Source: Ascidiella aspersa (Eukaryota). From it: a stretch of DNA of 64,000 bases. Location: the NCBI GenBank assembly GCA_963924565.1, contig OZ004610.1, positions 28,148,001 to 28,212,000 of the forward strand, written 5' to 3'. This document shows, in pieces, positions 26,001 to 41,000 of the stretch; the first letter of the stretch is position 1; each line of letters starts with the position of its first letter. A program made the position numbers and the translations under genes. The notes under the pieces are model-generated. The model saw nothing but the letters and a program-made list of their open reading frames with translations. It did not search any database and was not told where the DNA came from.

Positions 26001-29000
26001 AAGAGTGCGTGTTTATCACTGGACTAATCTCAGAAATCGCCTCTCAGGTGTAAACTTCTGCACTTGACCCAATTCGGCTTCCGTCCCCCAGTAACCCAAC
26101 TCCACCCCCTGACCCCTATTGTTCCCATTGTGGTCCGGACACCGGGCACGTGCTCCCCCTGTAAGAGGAAACTACTCTTATGACGTCACAAGCGTTCCGT
26201 TTGTCACGTTGCAAAGGGGGGGCGTATGACACGGCAAAGGCGCGCGCGCGCTCAATGCAAATAGATTGTTTGCCGAGGGTTTGTGGAGCGGAGCCGAAAT
26301 AGAACGCCGTCTATTTTTGGGGCATATTTTGGTTGGGTTCGGAGTGTATTTTGACTCGGCGATTTTGCAAGCACGATTCGAGCAAGGGCTATAGTCTTTG
26401 TGTGTACAGAATGCCTCTTTCTCGTTTTTCAAACACTGTAGTGGTGAAAGAATGGCAAAAATGCCTTTCTGTGCGCCGAAAGGGGTTTGTACACAGCGAA
26501 TAATTATGTCTTAAAATGCGTTTTGAAACTACATATGAAGTGCGAACTCATTGTTGTGTTAGTTTTTTTTTAGATTTAGACCATGATTTTTAAAATGGTA
26601 AATCATATACGTAATATGAATATCAAAGCCCATACAGAAATATGTATCATTTTGAACGTTTCTATGTTGAAAATGAATAAAGAGTTATTCGAACGTTCAA
26701 AATGATACCTATACTTCTGTGCTTTGAGGCTTTGATATTCTTATTACGTCTTACTACAAGCCCCAACCATTATGCTCCAAAGCAATTCATACATATTTGC
26801 TGAAACGGTTACAATACAAACTGCGAAACTAAAAACATATGTGATATCAAACGTTAGAAATAGAAGATTTCCTGGCAAGCTGTAACATCCTGTGCCAATT
26901 TTATCAATAATGCCACTCCGAAAAGTAGCATTGCGACTTTGAAAGAAACCCAATCTCTTCGCAAACTTCATTACACGCCGCAAAATTGGGGGTCCATGAA
27001 GGCCTAATAGAAATATTAGTATATATTTAAGAAGTAATCAATTTTTAAAAAGAGTTTAATTAAAACGATTTTGCACTGACTCCATTACACTTTCACATTT
27101 TTAAGCCGAAACAAGTAGATTTCTGAAGTCTATTTGTATTATTACAGCAATTTGTGACGTCTTTCTCAAAAAAATTGCTTGGCAACCGGTGGTCTACGCT
27201 AAGCAAAAAAAAAATTAGGGGTCCGCGGTAAAAAAAGTTTAAGAAACCCTGCTTTAGTATATGTAGAAAATAAAGATCTGTTGTTTTCACGAAAAACCTC
27301 CGAGAGATATAAGTTTAACGAGCAAAAAAACATCCGTATTTTGATATCATTCTTGCGGAACTTGCGCTTTTAACCTCTTACGAAAATCACGCGCGAGCCC
27401 TAATGCACCCCTCGGGTCGATGACGCCGCGCACGTGTCGCGTGCCGCGTGTCGCTTCCGTCGGTGTCGCGCGACGATGCGGTTGCGGAAGGCGCCACACC
27501 CAGCGACGATTACGCGACACCCGATCCTAATCCCGCCGCAGATAAAAGACAAATCGGCGGGCGCTGGCGCTTCGAAATCCCGCCGAAATCGCATCATTTA
27601 CCCGATCCCAGGTATCGGCGATAATTTGAGGGCGGCCGACATCCGGTCCGCATAATGGCCTCGCTTGTTGGCGTCCTGCTGAACCGGGGGCGTCCCCCTG
27701 GCCGTGCGCAACGGGACCCGGTCGTGCGGTCCGGGCGGTCGGCGGCAACGCATAACGCGGCGCTGATAAGGCGGAGTGATTTAAAAGGTTTGGTCGGTTA
27801 TCGCGTTTAAACGTGCACTGAGCGTATAGCTGCATTTTGTTTGGCAAAAGAAAACGGGCTTTCTTAGGGAGAAATTTTGAAAGAACAACGACACTTGTTT
27901 TTAAGTTGCGCTTTGACGTCATGAAAACGCCAGCCGCCGAAAGATTTATCTCACGGAAACCCGAAAATCATAACTTTATCGCAGTCGTAGGGTTTGGCTG
28001 CTATTCGGCCCACATTTACCCTCCTATATTAGCTATGACGCGGTGCATGTGAAAAATAGTGGAACTGAATCGGCCTGTTGTTGTTTTTTTGGTTTTTATT
28101 ACCACGGTGGTGAAATTGCCATCGCCACTTGAAAACACACTCTCTGTGCAATCTCTTTCCCGAAAATAGTCATTACCGACACAAAGGCGATCGATTCAGG
28201 TCCAAAGCGATTTGCGCGTCACAAAAGATGTTCGATTCCACGTATTTGCTCACTCTCTGTACATAGGGGATGATTTTGAGGGCGAATATAATGGAGATGA
28301 AAATATACAGTAGGATGAGAATAATATACAGAAACTCGAAGGAGTACGTTTCTATGTTTCGCATTTTTGATATGACTATTTCCGATTAAGGTTAAGGCGT
28401 ACAGTTCTCAATTTGTAAATTCCAAAGCTCAGTTCTTTGAATTTCTCTTACCTTTTCATTCTGTATAGTAGAAAACAGTTTAGTGATAGTAAAATGATTT
28501 ATCAGCGGGAATTTTTAGCGATGTTTCTTTCTGCATTTATCCAACTTTTGGTCATTAACCGTCAGTCAGTCATAGTTTTTAACCCTGTTTCAGCAATTCA
28601 GCATACAGTAGGAAAGAAGGGTGCTACTGCTTTAAAAATTGAAAAGTTAAACCTTGTTTGTCGCGACGCGAGTTCAGCCGTTTGCGGTTTGGCGCTTGTC
28701 GCGGGTCGCGTGCTTCGTGCCGCGAAACTCGAGTGGGCCATTTAGACGCTTCCGCAGTCGATTACAGCCGCCTGCCTTTTGTAAAGGCGACAGGACACTT
28801 TGCGGTCTCGCACACTTTACAGACCGGTCTAGGTTACAGCACAATGCGAGTGCTGCTATTTGATTTGAAACGCGGCGTGACGAATCCAAAAACATGTTCG
28901 CCCCGATTTGTAACTGATTTCGTTACTTTTATCGAACAACATTTTTCGAAAGCTCTAGCCTGGTGTTTTTTTTAAAAGCAAATAAAATTGGCACTATATG

Positions 29001-32000
29001 CTTTAATAATGTTATCCGTACTAATTTTATACAGTAAAAAATATGAAATATCGCCTTTTAACTAACCGTTTATGCTTTTTTGGCAAAGAACATCTGTACT
29101 TTTCATAGCTAAGTGGGTCATGTTACAACCATTGCAGACAATTATGCCTTACAACTTAACTTAGAGTCTTAGAACATGTGCAAATCATTGCAGCTCTATC
29201 CATTGGCATAAAGATGGTGTATAGGTCCAATTGAAATGAATTTTTCTTGTTTTTGTGGTATTATTATTTGACATCCAAGTTAAGAGTGAGTAACCAAACA
29301 GGCCTAATATAATTGAAAGTCCTTGTTTTCAAACCGATTTCACTGCAAACAAACTCAGCTGGATTAAACGTATAGCGGCATACTTGGCAGCGCCAAGAGG
29401 TCTAAAGCCCAAATCCCGAACCTTGGACATCGATAAACGAAGGGTCGCACGGGATACTCCAAGGTCCGAAAGTGCCCGACGCGTCCAACTCAGGACGAAT
29501 CGACCGTAACCGAACACGCGAGAAAAGCGAAATGACAGGAAGTTGGCGAAAGCGTTAAATCCAACGTCAAACAGGGCGTGTCAAAATGCACTCAGCGGGC
29601 GTCCCTCTTTCAGTAAAGAGGCCCGATAAAGACTTTTCGCGTGTTTAGCGAATTCGACAACTAAATTTTATTCGCCCATTTATGCGAGGTAATTTTAAAA
29701 GTTGAAAGCGCTTGCCAAGATAAATGGTAGAAAAATAGTGCAAAAAATATGACCAATGTTTAATTAACCCAATAGAAATGAGATTTGTTGTTTAAATTTG
29801 TAGCTTTTAAAATAACAATAAATTTTAAAATCCTAGTGTAGGTAGCTTTATAAACGTTCCAAATTAATGATGCCTATGATATTAGGCATCGTTAACTTTG
29901 ATATTAATTCTACGTCTAAGCACAACATCCATCCAATAAGCTCCAAAATCATTTTGATTGTTTACCCAAAAGGTTAAAAACACGAATCATTTCTTATATT
30001 TACAATAGTTGATCAAAATAAATTAGGTTAAAAATGCGTTTCTTGTTGTTGAAAAATGGTTTGCAAAATGCAAAACAAGCGTCATCGTATATATATCATA
30101 TGCCAAGAAACATCTGCGCAAATATTTGGCGAATTTTTATAGGATTTTTTAGAAAATGCAATTTCCGAAAGGTTTTCGAATCGATTTTTCTGGTCTGGTC
30201 TGATTTGAAGATTTGCACGCACAGCGAAAAAACCTACACCGACCCCGTTTAACTGCTTACGATCTATTTGCTCTGCTAACCGGGGCCTTGACTTTTATGT
30301 CGGAAGAGTAACGACCGTTATCGTTCCCTTGCTTATGCCAGCCTATCTTGACTGTCATCGCGCCCGTTTAATTTACGAGGACTGGTCCGCCCTCCGACAA
30401 ACATATGGGCAACTGAGCTTACGGCTACTGTTCATCCCAAAATGGAACAACCAGGGCTGGGGCCTTAGTTTTACCGGATTATAAACTTAGTTAGGGAATT
30501 GACATAAATTGCCAATAATGCCAATAAAGTCAAATCGTGTCAATATCCGTGCAAAATTATTTCATATTTTTTAAGCTGTGTTGCATAGTTCAGCTAAAGG
30601 TCGACGCGGGCCACAATAAATAGCCAAGCGGGCCACAAGCTCCCCACCCCTGTCTTAAATGTCACAATTTAAAAGAACGCCATTGTTTTCCACGACGCGC
30701 CTTGTTCAATGATCGATGCGCAATCTTTCAGTATTGCCTTGACATTGCGTTTATCGCCGCCAAGCACACGGCCCATACCCGAAAATAGAACGCGTGCCAG
30801 AATGCCCGTGCCTTTTTAGGGGCGACGCGACAGATTTTTCACCTCTAATAGAAGACGTCATTGGCGTCGAAGGGGGGGGGGGGCTTTTGGCGGCTCCCAG
30901 TGGCGACCAATCTCACAACAACAATAAAATTTTGCGAAACGCCTTTTAAGGACCGATGTCTCGCGCCCGTATATATGCCCGGCGTCTATTTTGGTGCCAG
31001 ACAAAAGTTAAAAAAATGACGATCGCGACCTCATTTGCAGATCGCTATTGGACTTGTATAGGGATTAGCGCCGTCAAATTCGCCCGAGTGGCTTTTAGGC
31101 CGGCGTCTCCGGGCTCGCTTGTCGAGTGCCCAGGCAGCATTGGCTTTACTTTTTCCCAGGGATATAGTTGAACTTACCGGCAACCTCTCTACGCTAAACT
31201 CAAAGACTGGCGGTTTGTCGCGACGCGCCCGGAGCCACTAAAACGCGCGTTTTGTGAGTTTGGAGTCGACCGCAAAAAAGAGGGGGGGAGGGGGTAGTTT
31301 ACGTTGGCCCCCGCGAACGCTGTTTTAACAAATCCAGGCGCTTCCATGATGGATGATGACGGCGAAGAATTTTATTGGCAAGGTCCCAAATCTTAATGGT
31401 TTATTGGTGAACGGTTTGATGTCCACTTTGCAAAACGCTGGACTTCCTTTTTTGGTCAGGATTGCCTCTGCCTGCAAACATTTACCTTTTGAGTACTCGC
31501 CTTGCCTTTTTAAGCTCTTTTCCGCCCATGCCAAAGCACCATTGCCATTTCACGAAGCGCCAGTTCTCCATTTAAGTCATTTGGGCTTTCACTTTTCCCC
31601 GTATCTTCCATACAAAAGCTAAACCAGATAATTTAATAATTTTACATTTGCCTAAATTGTCACCCTGTACACATTTCACATAGGCTCGATTTTTTTCAGC
31701 CAAAAGCTTTTAAGTTCTTCCCCATATTTAGCCATGTTCAAAATCACTTGGTTAAATTATGGGACATATTCGTTTACGCGTATTTTCACGCCTTTACCCA
31801 GTAGGTTTACCGGGCCCTCTTAGATGTAAAAGACTGACCCAAAGTGGAGAAGGCCCAAGATGGCACAATCGGAAATATGTTGTTTATCACAACTCAAGTG
31901 TTTGGAAACAGAACATCCTACTTTTGTCAGTTTTATTGTGGAAGAGTCAACGGTTAGATGCACTCCTCGACTATATTTTTTTTTATATTTTGACTGGCGG

Positions 32001-35000
32001 GGCAACTTTGGTAGATTAGGTAGCGCCGTTGAAGCACGTAATACATTTTTTTTTCTTTTTAATAATGGCATTGAAAAGCCGATAAGTTCAGTTTGAGTTA
32101 CTATGTGATTTTTTTTATCGATGGAATTTCCACAGCTCACATATCCACTTTGGCTGCTTTGTGTTGTCACGCGAGGTCAGTGGAAACGAGGCAAACACAT
32201 TACCCACACCTCGATAATGTGCTAGGCATAGCAGCCTAATGTAACCTTAACATCAACACACGATACATACCGACCCAATATAGCCAGGCGACTGTACAGG
32301 GGGTCTCCAGGTATCTCCCTTTCCAATCTTCCCCGTCACTCTCACGCCTTTTAAACTGGGGTGTCCGGACTTTGAAGTTTGTCAACGCTTTCCCTATATA
32401 CATCTATACGCTAGAGATGCGCCTTTTAATGCCGCCGTGCTTCCCTATAATACAGTGTTTGTAAACTTTAACCGTCCCCCAAACGAGACCACATGCGTCG
32501 ACCGCCGAGTTTATCTAAGGGCCCCCTTTCAGCGTTGGAACGCGGCCAGCGTTATTCCAACGCGCCTAGTTGTTTGCACTGCTGTATAGGCGGCCTGGTC
32601 AGCGTCAAAGGAGCACCAGGGACCGATTCCCCGATTTTCCCTGCGTTTGCATTACACAAGCCGGTATGGTTGGAATGCTTGTTTGACATGCTCAAGCCAG
32701 GACAAGCCGCTGTTTATCTGCGATGGATTTGCGCCAAAACCAACGTGTCGGAAGTTTTATGATGTAGTGGCTTTTCCTTTTGGTGATATTAAAAGGCAAA
32801 GATTTCAAATCGCGTTTTCTGTGTATAAAGTAAGTTATTCTGTAGTTTTAATACCAACACCATTGTTTTTTTAACACAATAATTTGGCAACTTGATTGTT
32901 TCTCGAACCAACGTAATTATCATTAAATTGCGTTAAACAAAGCTTTAAAACTTCACTTTTTTCAAAAATTGCAAGCACCCCCTTCACCCCAGAGAACCGG
33001 AGATACGATTTTTCCAAGGTTTTTGTGACGCGCTAAAAATGTTTGCAACTATAAGTGGATCCGAAATCGTATTTTTGTGTTTTGAAATTAGTAAAAGTAG
33101 TCCCCTGTCAATACGGCAGAATTTGCACGACACAAGGCTTTAAATTCCAAAAGTAGCCTATACTTTGAAGTTCTGAAAAGCGGATTGGCCAAAATTTGGT
33201 AACACAAAATCAAGGGTTTTGTTCACGTCAGAGATTTATCGTCTACCACTCTACAAATGTTTTTAACTTTATCCAGTCGCATTCCGCGCATATTAGGCCT
33301 ACTAATCGTCGAAAACCTTTTGTAGAACTTCTACCCTTTGCTAATACCGCCCACCTATAACACACAAGAAAGGGTCCCTACGCCAGCAGCATCAAGACAA
33401 AGCAACGCGATTTACCATCCCCTTCCCCCTCGTTCCATGTGTGTCTGTCTTCCGACTGCGTGTTTGCGACTTTGGCGACACGTCACAGTCAATATTGACC
33501 GCCTTACGCTGCGTCCGTGTCGTCACAACAGAGGCCTTGTTACGTCAACACACGACCGTGATTTTCTCGTGGCCGCCGCCGCTTCGCACGGGCGTGTCCA
33601 ACGCTCGTTAAATTGACCCAGAGACGACGCGTGTAATTTTCGCCAGACTGTGTGCTGGCTTCTGATTCACTGACTTGGTTTTATTCGGTTCAACCCGTTT
33701 GACTCTCGTTAACGGTTTCCTTGGACGATGTATTAACAGCGCTTGTTATAACCGTAAGGCAAGTTGTAGACTCTCATTCCAGTTGAAATCGATTGTTTTC
33801 GAGGCATGGCTGTTGTGATGAGGTTTAGCTGATTTTCTAAGTGAAATAATCCCCCGTCGATTAAAATATCAAAAAAATATTTTAAAGTTGACTGAAATGG
33901 CTTTTATTGCATGTAAACGAGTCAAAATGTCCGTTCAGCGACATTACGAACCGAAAGTTAACAAATATATTCTTTCGTTGTACGTTTTTTGCTGCGATCA
34001 CCGCGTATAACATCTCCGTCTATTTTAGACCGCCTCCTTTTCAAATTCGTGAAATCGCAAAAATCCCAGCCCCTCAAACCAGCAATCGACTAACGATTTA
34101 TTTTCCTTGGCCCGGGGGCCGCCAGGAGGGTCTCTCGCGTTACATCCCTTGAACAAACAGATGTCCCGCCAACGCCGAACCTTGCTTGTGGCATGTTGAT
34201 ACTAAACACCGCTACAAGCCTAATCCCCGTTGGGTCACTGAGAACTGTCGATCACTGTGTAGCGCATCAAACGAAAAAACGCGATTTCTTCGCACCACAG
34301 CTAAACGAGGGAACATTGCACGCTAATTGGAACTGGTTTTAGCAAAACGACTACCGTTATGGGAATGTGCTAAAAAGTACGATTTACCGGCAGCGCTTTG
34401 CCTAAAATTTAGAAGCGCATAACCCCTAGAATCTAGATACATTAAAAAGTCATTTCGGATACTAATTTCGGATTTATCAAGTGGGAAAATATACCAGGCA
34501 TACGGTGATTGATCTATGAATAATATAAAATAATCAAAACAGAACCGAAAAGGGTATACAGTTCTGCAACTGATTATGCATTTTGCGTAACTGTAATAGT
34601 ATACACTTCTTTTTTTAATAAACTTAGATTATTTCTATACCCTTCGTGGTCTTACGACATGGATAAAAGATTAACAGCTGGCAGTGTTGGAACAGGCTGA
34701 GATCCGAATATTAAAAATAAAATGAATATGAACATTATTATTTTAACAACATTGTGAAAAAGTTTCGAGCACTTAGTTCACGGCATGTCAAAGGAAATTA
34801 AACAAAATGGAACACTTCGCTGATGTTTTCTGCTGTTTGGTTTTGCGGTGACGGTTTCAATCCAGCGTGAAATGGAATGCGAACGACATCAAGTGAATTA
34901 TACAGGAACTTTCTCCGGCTAAATGTCCCTGAGATACCAGAACGGCGGCGAACCGCAGCCGTTGCATTCAGTAACAAACAGGTCTGTTATTTTTAGCGGC

Positions 35001-38000
35001 AAGGCCCACACGCGACTTAAAACGAAGCAAGCGCCAACCTTTAGGTATAGGCGTTCAAACTGCGCGAAAAATGCCTCGGTTTACCTAACGTGTAAATAAG
35101 GGGTCACTTTCTCTAAATTCGGGCGAATTTCTTTCCCGGGCGTCACCGAAATCGCACAAACGCCCCCTTGTGAAACGGTTCCCACACTTTTGGCGGAACC
35201 CCAAGCCTCCCTTTTTACCCCGCTCTCTAAACCCCCACATCAGAGGGGCCTATAATCTGACTAAACACCCCGGGGCAGCGCCTGCTTTAATTTGCAGCGC
35301 TTGGCTTGGTGCAGAAATTTTACAGCATCCAGTTAATCTTCAAGTTCAAACAGTTCGTTAATTATTATAATCCGTACATAAGTTCAAAACAGCCAGTTGT
35401 TGCGATAGCCCACTTATGTTATATGACCTATAAGTGAATTCAGTTTGTTGTATTTAATACAAAAAATACAAATAAAATTAAAAAAGCTAGGCGTGCGTCT
35501 GACACTGTGAGTTTTATGCCGTATCCAATGCTAGGTCGCCAAATGGTGCGTTTTTTTCAGAGAAGGTGCAATTTCCACGTCGATTCGCCCGTTCTACATT
35601 AAACACTTCAATCAAACGTGACACTTAGGAAGCCATATTGATTCAAAAGACGATTTAGTTCAAACTCTAAAGTCTAAATCATTTACGCTGTCCATCACTG
35701 TGAAACCAAGCTCCCTAATTTGGTTATTAGGTTTCCGAAAAAGCAACTAGAAATTAAGATGTGTCAATCATGGCTAAACGGGAACTATACGTGCTGAGAA
35801 ACACACCCTTTCGTGCAAAGGGGTGTCTCTTAAATCGCATGTCACCCCCACAAGGCGATCGCGTTAAACTGTCATCCTTCACCCCTTTACCCGTCCCCAT
35901 CAAAACTCACTCCCCCATTAGCCCCCAATAAGACGGAAACCGCCGCTGGGGCGCTAAAAACCGGGGGCCGAAACCCCTGACATTCAGAAAGCTCTTCTAC
36001 TCGGTCTTTGCCCGCCAACGAAGAGAGTTGTTCCAGACGTTTTCAGTCGTCGAAGATTTGCGGAGGGCTTAAGGCCGTGATCGCCTGTCGTTCAGACTCT
36101 ATCAAGTACCCCTCGCCATCACCTGTCGCTCTTAAATTGCGCAACGTCAAGTTTTCGGCCCCAGCCGCGATGTTTGTGACGTCATAGCCTCTCGCGTGAT
36201 GCCCGACGCATTTTTGCGGAGGTTTTCGCTGTCACTTTGGGTTGATTTTGTTGTTCGGCGAAATTCTCAGGGGATTATTGCCCGTTTTCTTTACACAGCG
36301 GTTTACGGCGCTAAAACGCGATGCTTTTGGAGTTAACGACCTGTTTGCGTAATCGGCGGGGTTTCGAGGCGCGAATCCCCGCCGATTTTTCGAGTCGACC
36401 GCCCGCATTGCGCTGCATAAACGGACCGCGGATCTTTTAACGAATGACTGTGCAGGTTTATGCAGATAGCTGCATCGCGTGCAGAATTCCGGGCCTGTCT
36501 TCGTCCGATACACAAAGCAGATGCCTTCGAACCGCCTTTGCTTAACTGACCCGAACTTCACACCGTCTCAAACGCTCCGTAAGCCTCTCGTAAACGCAAG
36601 GTAGCGTCGGTCGCTGTGCGCCTAAGCGCGATGCTGCAGCTCTGGTTTCCGAGCCTCCTCGGGCCTATCTTAATTGGCACTTAGCACTCGGAGCGGGCAA
36701 AGTGACAACTGTGACACCCCGGGCCGGACACAACGAGCTTGATGCGATTTCCATTCACTTTCACTGCTTACATGATTGTCTGTTTGGACGCACGACCCGC
36801 TCAGTTGGAGTTCGCTTAGGTTCGGCAGCGTGTTGTTAATCTTGCTGCTGTTATGCATGCAGCTGAGGTACAAATCGTGCTCGGAGATATTAGCTATGTA
36901 TAAATTAAAAATTAAAATTCTGGTTGCAGTTTTGAAAGACTAACTGTGATAAGTGAAATTGAAGTTTTGATTATAAAATTAAGAGCTGATAAAGCACGGT
37001 TGGGCAAAACCTAGCGTTTCTTTTTTTAAATTGCCACTTGATTTTCCAAATTATGCTTTAGGTGTACGTGTCCTGTCGCTTTATTGGTGGTTAGATAATT
37101 CGTGTCTTATGTATGTCGTTGTTGCATTTTCTTGAGTGTAGTTCTTATCGGTCTTCGATGTATTAAAACTTGAGTTTGCTTAAAACTACGAGTGTTTTAC
37201 TTTTTACGGTTTTTCCAGTATTATATAATTACCCCCTTCACTAGATTAGTACTATCCAATCAGGGTAGCTTTGTAGCCGTTGATTAAAAGTTGAAGGTTC
37301 ACACAAGGATTATTCATCTTCTTTCGTATTACAAAAAAGCAGGATGAATCTTCCGATTGGTTTATTCTTTCTGCTCTTTATCTTACCAATGGCATTTGCA
37401 CGTTTTCCAGGTGACTTTTGAATTTGTGCAGAAGATATAGCCAAAATTGTTTTCTTTTTTATGCATTGAAGGCGTTTTGTGATTAAGCAGGTGTATTGCA
37501 TCTGATTTACAAGACTAACTAAAAATGCTTTTTTGAACCATAATATAGAAAAATTTGTAGGAGATTGTAAACACAAGTATTTATTGTTTAAAGCGTTTGC
37601 AGTTGCATGTATATATAGATGCATTAAGCAGTGTAGATAACTCTATACTGCAAAGTCCTCTTTGAATTTACAGCGGTGGTTAAACCACTGTACGGAGCTA
37701 ATAAGGTTATATAGTAGCTAACGAATTGGTCTTTGCTTTCAGCGAGCTTCGAGAACGTTCTTTCGGCTTGCTGCGTCGAAGGAAAGAAGTGGATCTTACA
37801 GCACGATTCCTGCACCGGTATTCCTGTCACCGTGGAGACCTACGGACAGATTTGCGCAGTTGCACAGGTCGGTTGAACGCTTATCGTTTTTTTTTTTTGA
37901 ACTTATTAAAACAAAGTTGGGTAAAAAAAGTGTGACGTAGTAGCAACAAGGATTGGGTTAAAGTTGAACTCGTGCGCTTGGATTATTGTTTCACTCGCGT

Positions 38001-41000
38001 TCCGAGCTCTTACAAAGTTTTTCGTGATTGGTCCGAGTGAAAAGCGGCGGACGAGATTGCACAAGGGCGTGAGTTCGAGTCTCACTAAAGCACAGTTGCG
38101 AGTAAAAACAGACATAAGTAAATTCTTACAAATAGACATTTTTTGAATAGTTGCTCTAATCACCACACCTGATATATTTATTTGACGCAAAATGATATAC
38201 TATTAATCAAAAACAGACTAAAAAAACTGATCTCAAAGTTATGATTTGGAAGTTGGAGTCGGCATTTACTATTTTTTCGTTTGTTTTTCTTTTTGTAAAC
38301 ATAAATACGCCTAACAGATGAAAAAAATCATACCCACTGGCTACTATAGTCAAGCTTAATGAGCAACATTTCTTAGCAATGCTTGAATCATTTCCAATAG
38401 TCCTTGCAGCGTCTCTTAATCCTACAACTTTGCTTTCGCAGGAGAAATGCTGTATGCAGGCGATGAACGAGGAAAGTTGCCAGCTGGGAATCGAGACCGC
38501 ACGAAGCATGGCCGCATGCGAAGTACAGCCAAACCTCAACGGACAATGTGAAACTGAGGGATTTAAGGTAAGCTATTGCGGTTTGAATATTTCAAGTCTT
38601 TTGTTTAAGGTAAGATATTGCGGTTTGAATATTTTCAAGTGTTTGTACTGGTCCAATCGACTGCAGTCCTGATGTTTATTGATTTAACCGCGAAAGAGAC
38701 GTGCATTTTGGTTTGGTGGCTTTAAATTTTGTTATGATTGGATTTTTGGTTTAGGAATCAAGTTATAACAGTCATTCAAAAATGGAATAACATCACAGTC
38801 CTGATGTTCATAGACCAAAGCGCCAAAGGAGTGTTAATTTGGCGGGTTAAAACATTTTAAAATTGGGAATTTTGGTTTTGCAATCAAATTATGTTTAGAT
38901 GTTGAAAATCAATAAGAGATATTCTAAACGTTGAATTGTTGCCTACTTCTGTATGGGCTTTAGGTGCCACTAAAACCCATTTGTTTTCAACCAATATGCC
39001 CCAAGGTTATGTATTCATTTGGATGATAAGAAGATTTATTTATTTAAACTCTATAATTTTACGAAACATTTCACATTATTGGTGGTAAGCAGAGTAAAAG
39101 ACTTGAATTATTTCTCTTTGAAAATAAAAAAGACCATACACAACTAGGTCTAGGTGTTATAACACGCGAAAATATATGAAGGTTTAATATATAAAAAAAA
39201 TTAAAAAAAAAATCACCTGCGTTTCGCTCTAACCGCGTCCTTATACACTTGCCAAAATAACGCGAAGGCACTAAAATGAATAAATTAAGCCGGACGCCAT
39301 TTATGTCCAATCGCCTTTGACGCGGCGCTAAACGTCCCATTGCTAATCCTATTGCTCTTTTGCCGTTTAATCTCGACCGAAGCCGCAACATTAAACGCCT
39401 TGGGATAATCCAGTCGACGGCTTGTTTTCTGTCGCGCGATCCATTAACCCGCCGCTGTGTTTCGTCACAATGCTGTCATTGTGACGTAAGCGGTGCGTGT
39501 GACGAACCGGCGATTAGCCAGGGTCTGCTTCTGTTGTTGGTGGGCGCCTGTGTTGTCTGAGAAACAACCGGATGTTTTTGCGACGCCCTGGAAAGACTTG
39601 GACAACTAGATAGTTCTACAGTTTTTTAATTCAGTGAATTAGAGCGAAATGCGACTAATTCTAACTTTCAACTAATTTGTGAATTGAATTGCTTGTGCGC
39701 TCTAATTCTACTTGCAATCTAATTCGGATTTTACCAAAATGTTAATTTGTCCAGCTTGTTTTTTTAGTTTCTCATTCAAAACAAATAATATGAAATAGAA
39801 CTCTTTTGGTTTGGTTGGTCTGAAAAGCATATGTTATGCTAAAAGTCATACAAATTAGCACACACATATTTACCATTCACATTCTTATTGGAATAATTCG
39901 CGATTTTAATGAAATTGATTGTTAATTGAACGTATTCTAGTTCAAATTCGTTTTTTTAGGAATTCGGTAATTTTAATTCTAATCTAACTTGCGAAAATTC
40001 AAAATGATTTAATTCTAATCTAATTTTAAACAGCTTAAATAAATCTAGTTGTCCAAGTCTGCGGTCTGTTGCATTTCTTTGGCCACATTTGTTTCTCCTC
40101 GCGTTTGGATCGCTCGCCAAACTGTGCCTATCGTTGTTCGCCGCTGTTATGCGGTGTTTACCGGAAGCGGCCGTGCGCTTTCGGAGGCCATTTTTGGTCT
40201 GTTTATGTTTACGCACGTTTGAATGGCCTTATAGAGGAATTAGTCATGCCTCTGTTGATTTCGGAACTACTATATATAAATATTTACCTTAGATTAACAT
40301 GTTTGATTGTGATTGTTTTGGGACAATTAGCCACGTGAATGTGCTGTTGTGAAAGCCCATTTTTGTTTGAATTTGTTTACATTTAAGGTTTAATTCGCCC
40401 CCCCCCCCCCCCCCCAATCCGGAAACTTAGAGTAATTTGTGTGGTCATTGTTGTCGCTACGCATATTAAGTTAAAAACAAAACGTTTTAAAAGTTTTCAC
40501 GGCATCTTTGTGATATCGTCAAGCCGCTTTTTCTGAAAGCAATACGAATGTCAAAATCCATGTGTTATCTGCATAATATTTATTCTCGAATAAAATTCTT
40601 GATTGTCATGCTTCACTTGCGTCGCCTATACAAGCGTTACGCCGCAGTTTAGCGTGGATTTAGCCAACAGCTGCGTTTTGGGGCGTATATATGTTACGCT
40701 CCCATCAGGCAAACACAACTTTCGCTTATCGCAAGCGCGATCTCGCCAAAGGAAGCGTGAATGAGATTCGCTTGTCAGCAGTTCCCACCCGCCCCTAATT
40801 AATCACTGCCAAGCGTTTAGCTTTTTCCATTTGAAATATCGAGAAACCGTGGCCTATACGTGACATATGGGTAGTCCGTTTTTTAAAAAAAGGCGGTGAA
40901 ATATCATATTTCTGTCAAATGATGGTCAACGGCGCTTACCTACCCACATAAACGGTAACAAAACTTTCGCAATCAAATCCTGATGGATTGTCAGAAAGCA

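Noticed and set aside
26048-26166. Possible cassette exon (cag|gt...ccct|gtaaga) in intron 7
   Set aside because: Stop codon in the required phase-1 frame.
36776-36900. Hydrophobic reading ([16 protein letters not shown]) in the large intron that could be an alternative signal-peptide exon for a short fibulin-1-like isoform
   Set aside because: In-frame stop at 36773 with no ATG before the hydrophobic stretch. The nearby donor (ag|gtacaa) is phase 2, but the next exon needs phase 1.
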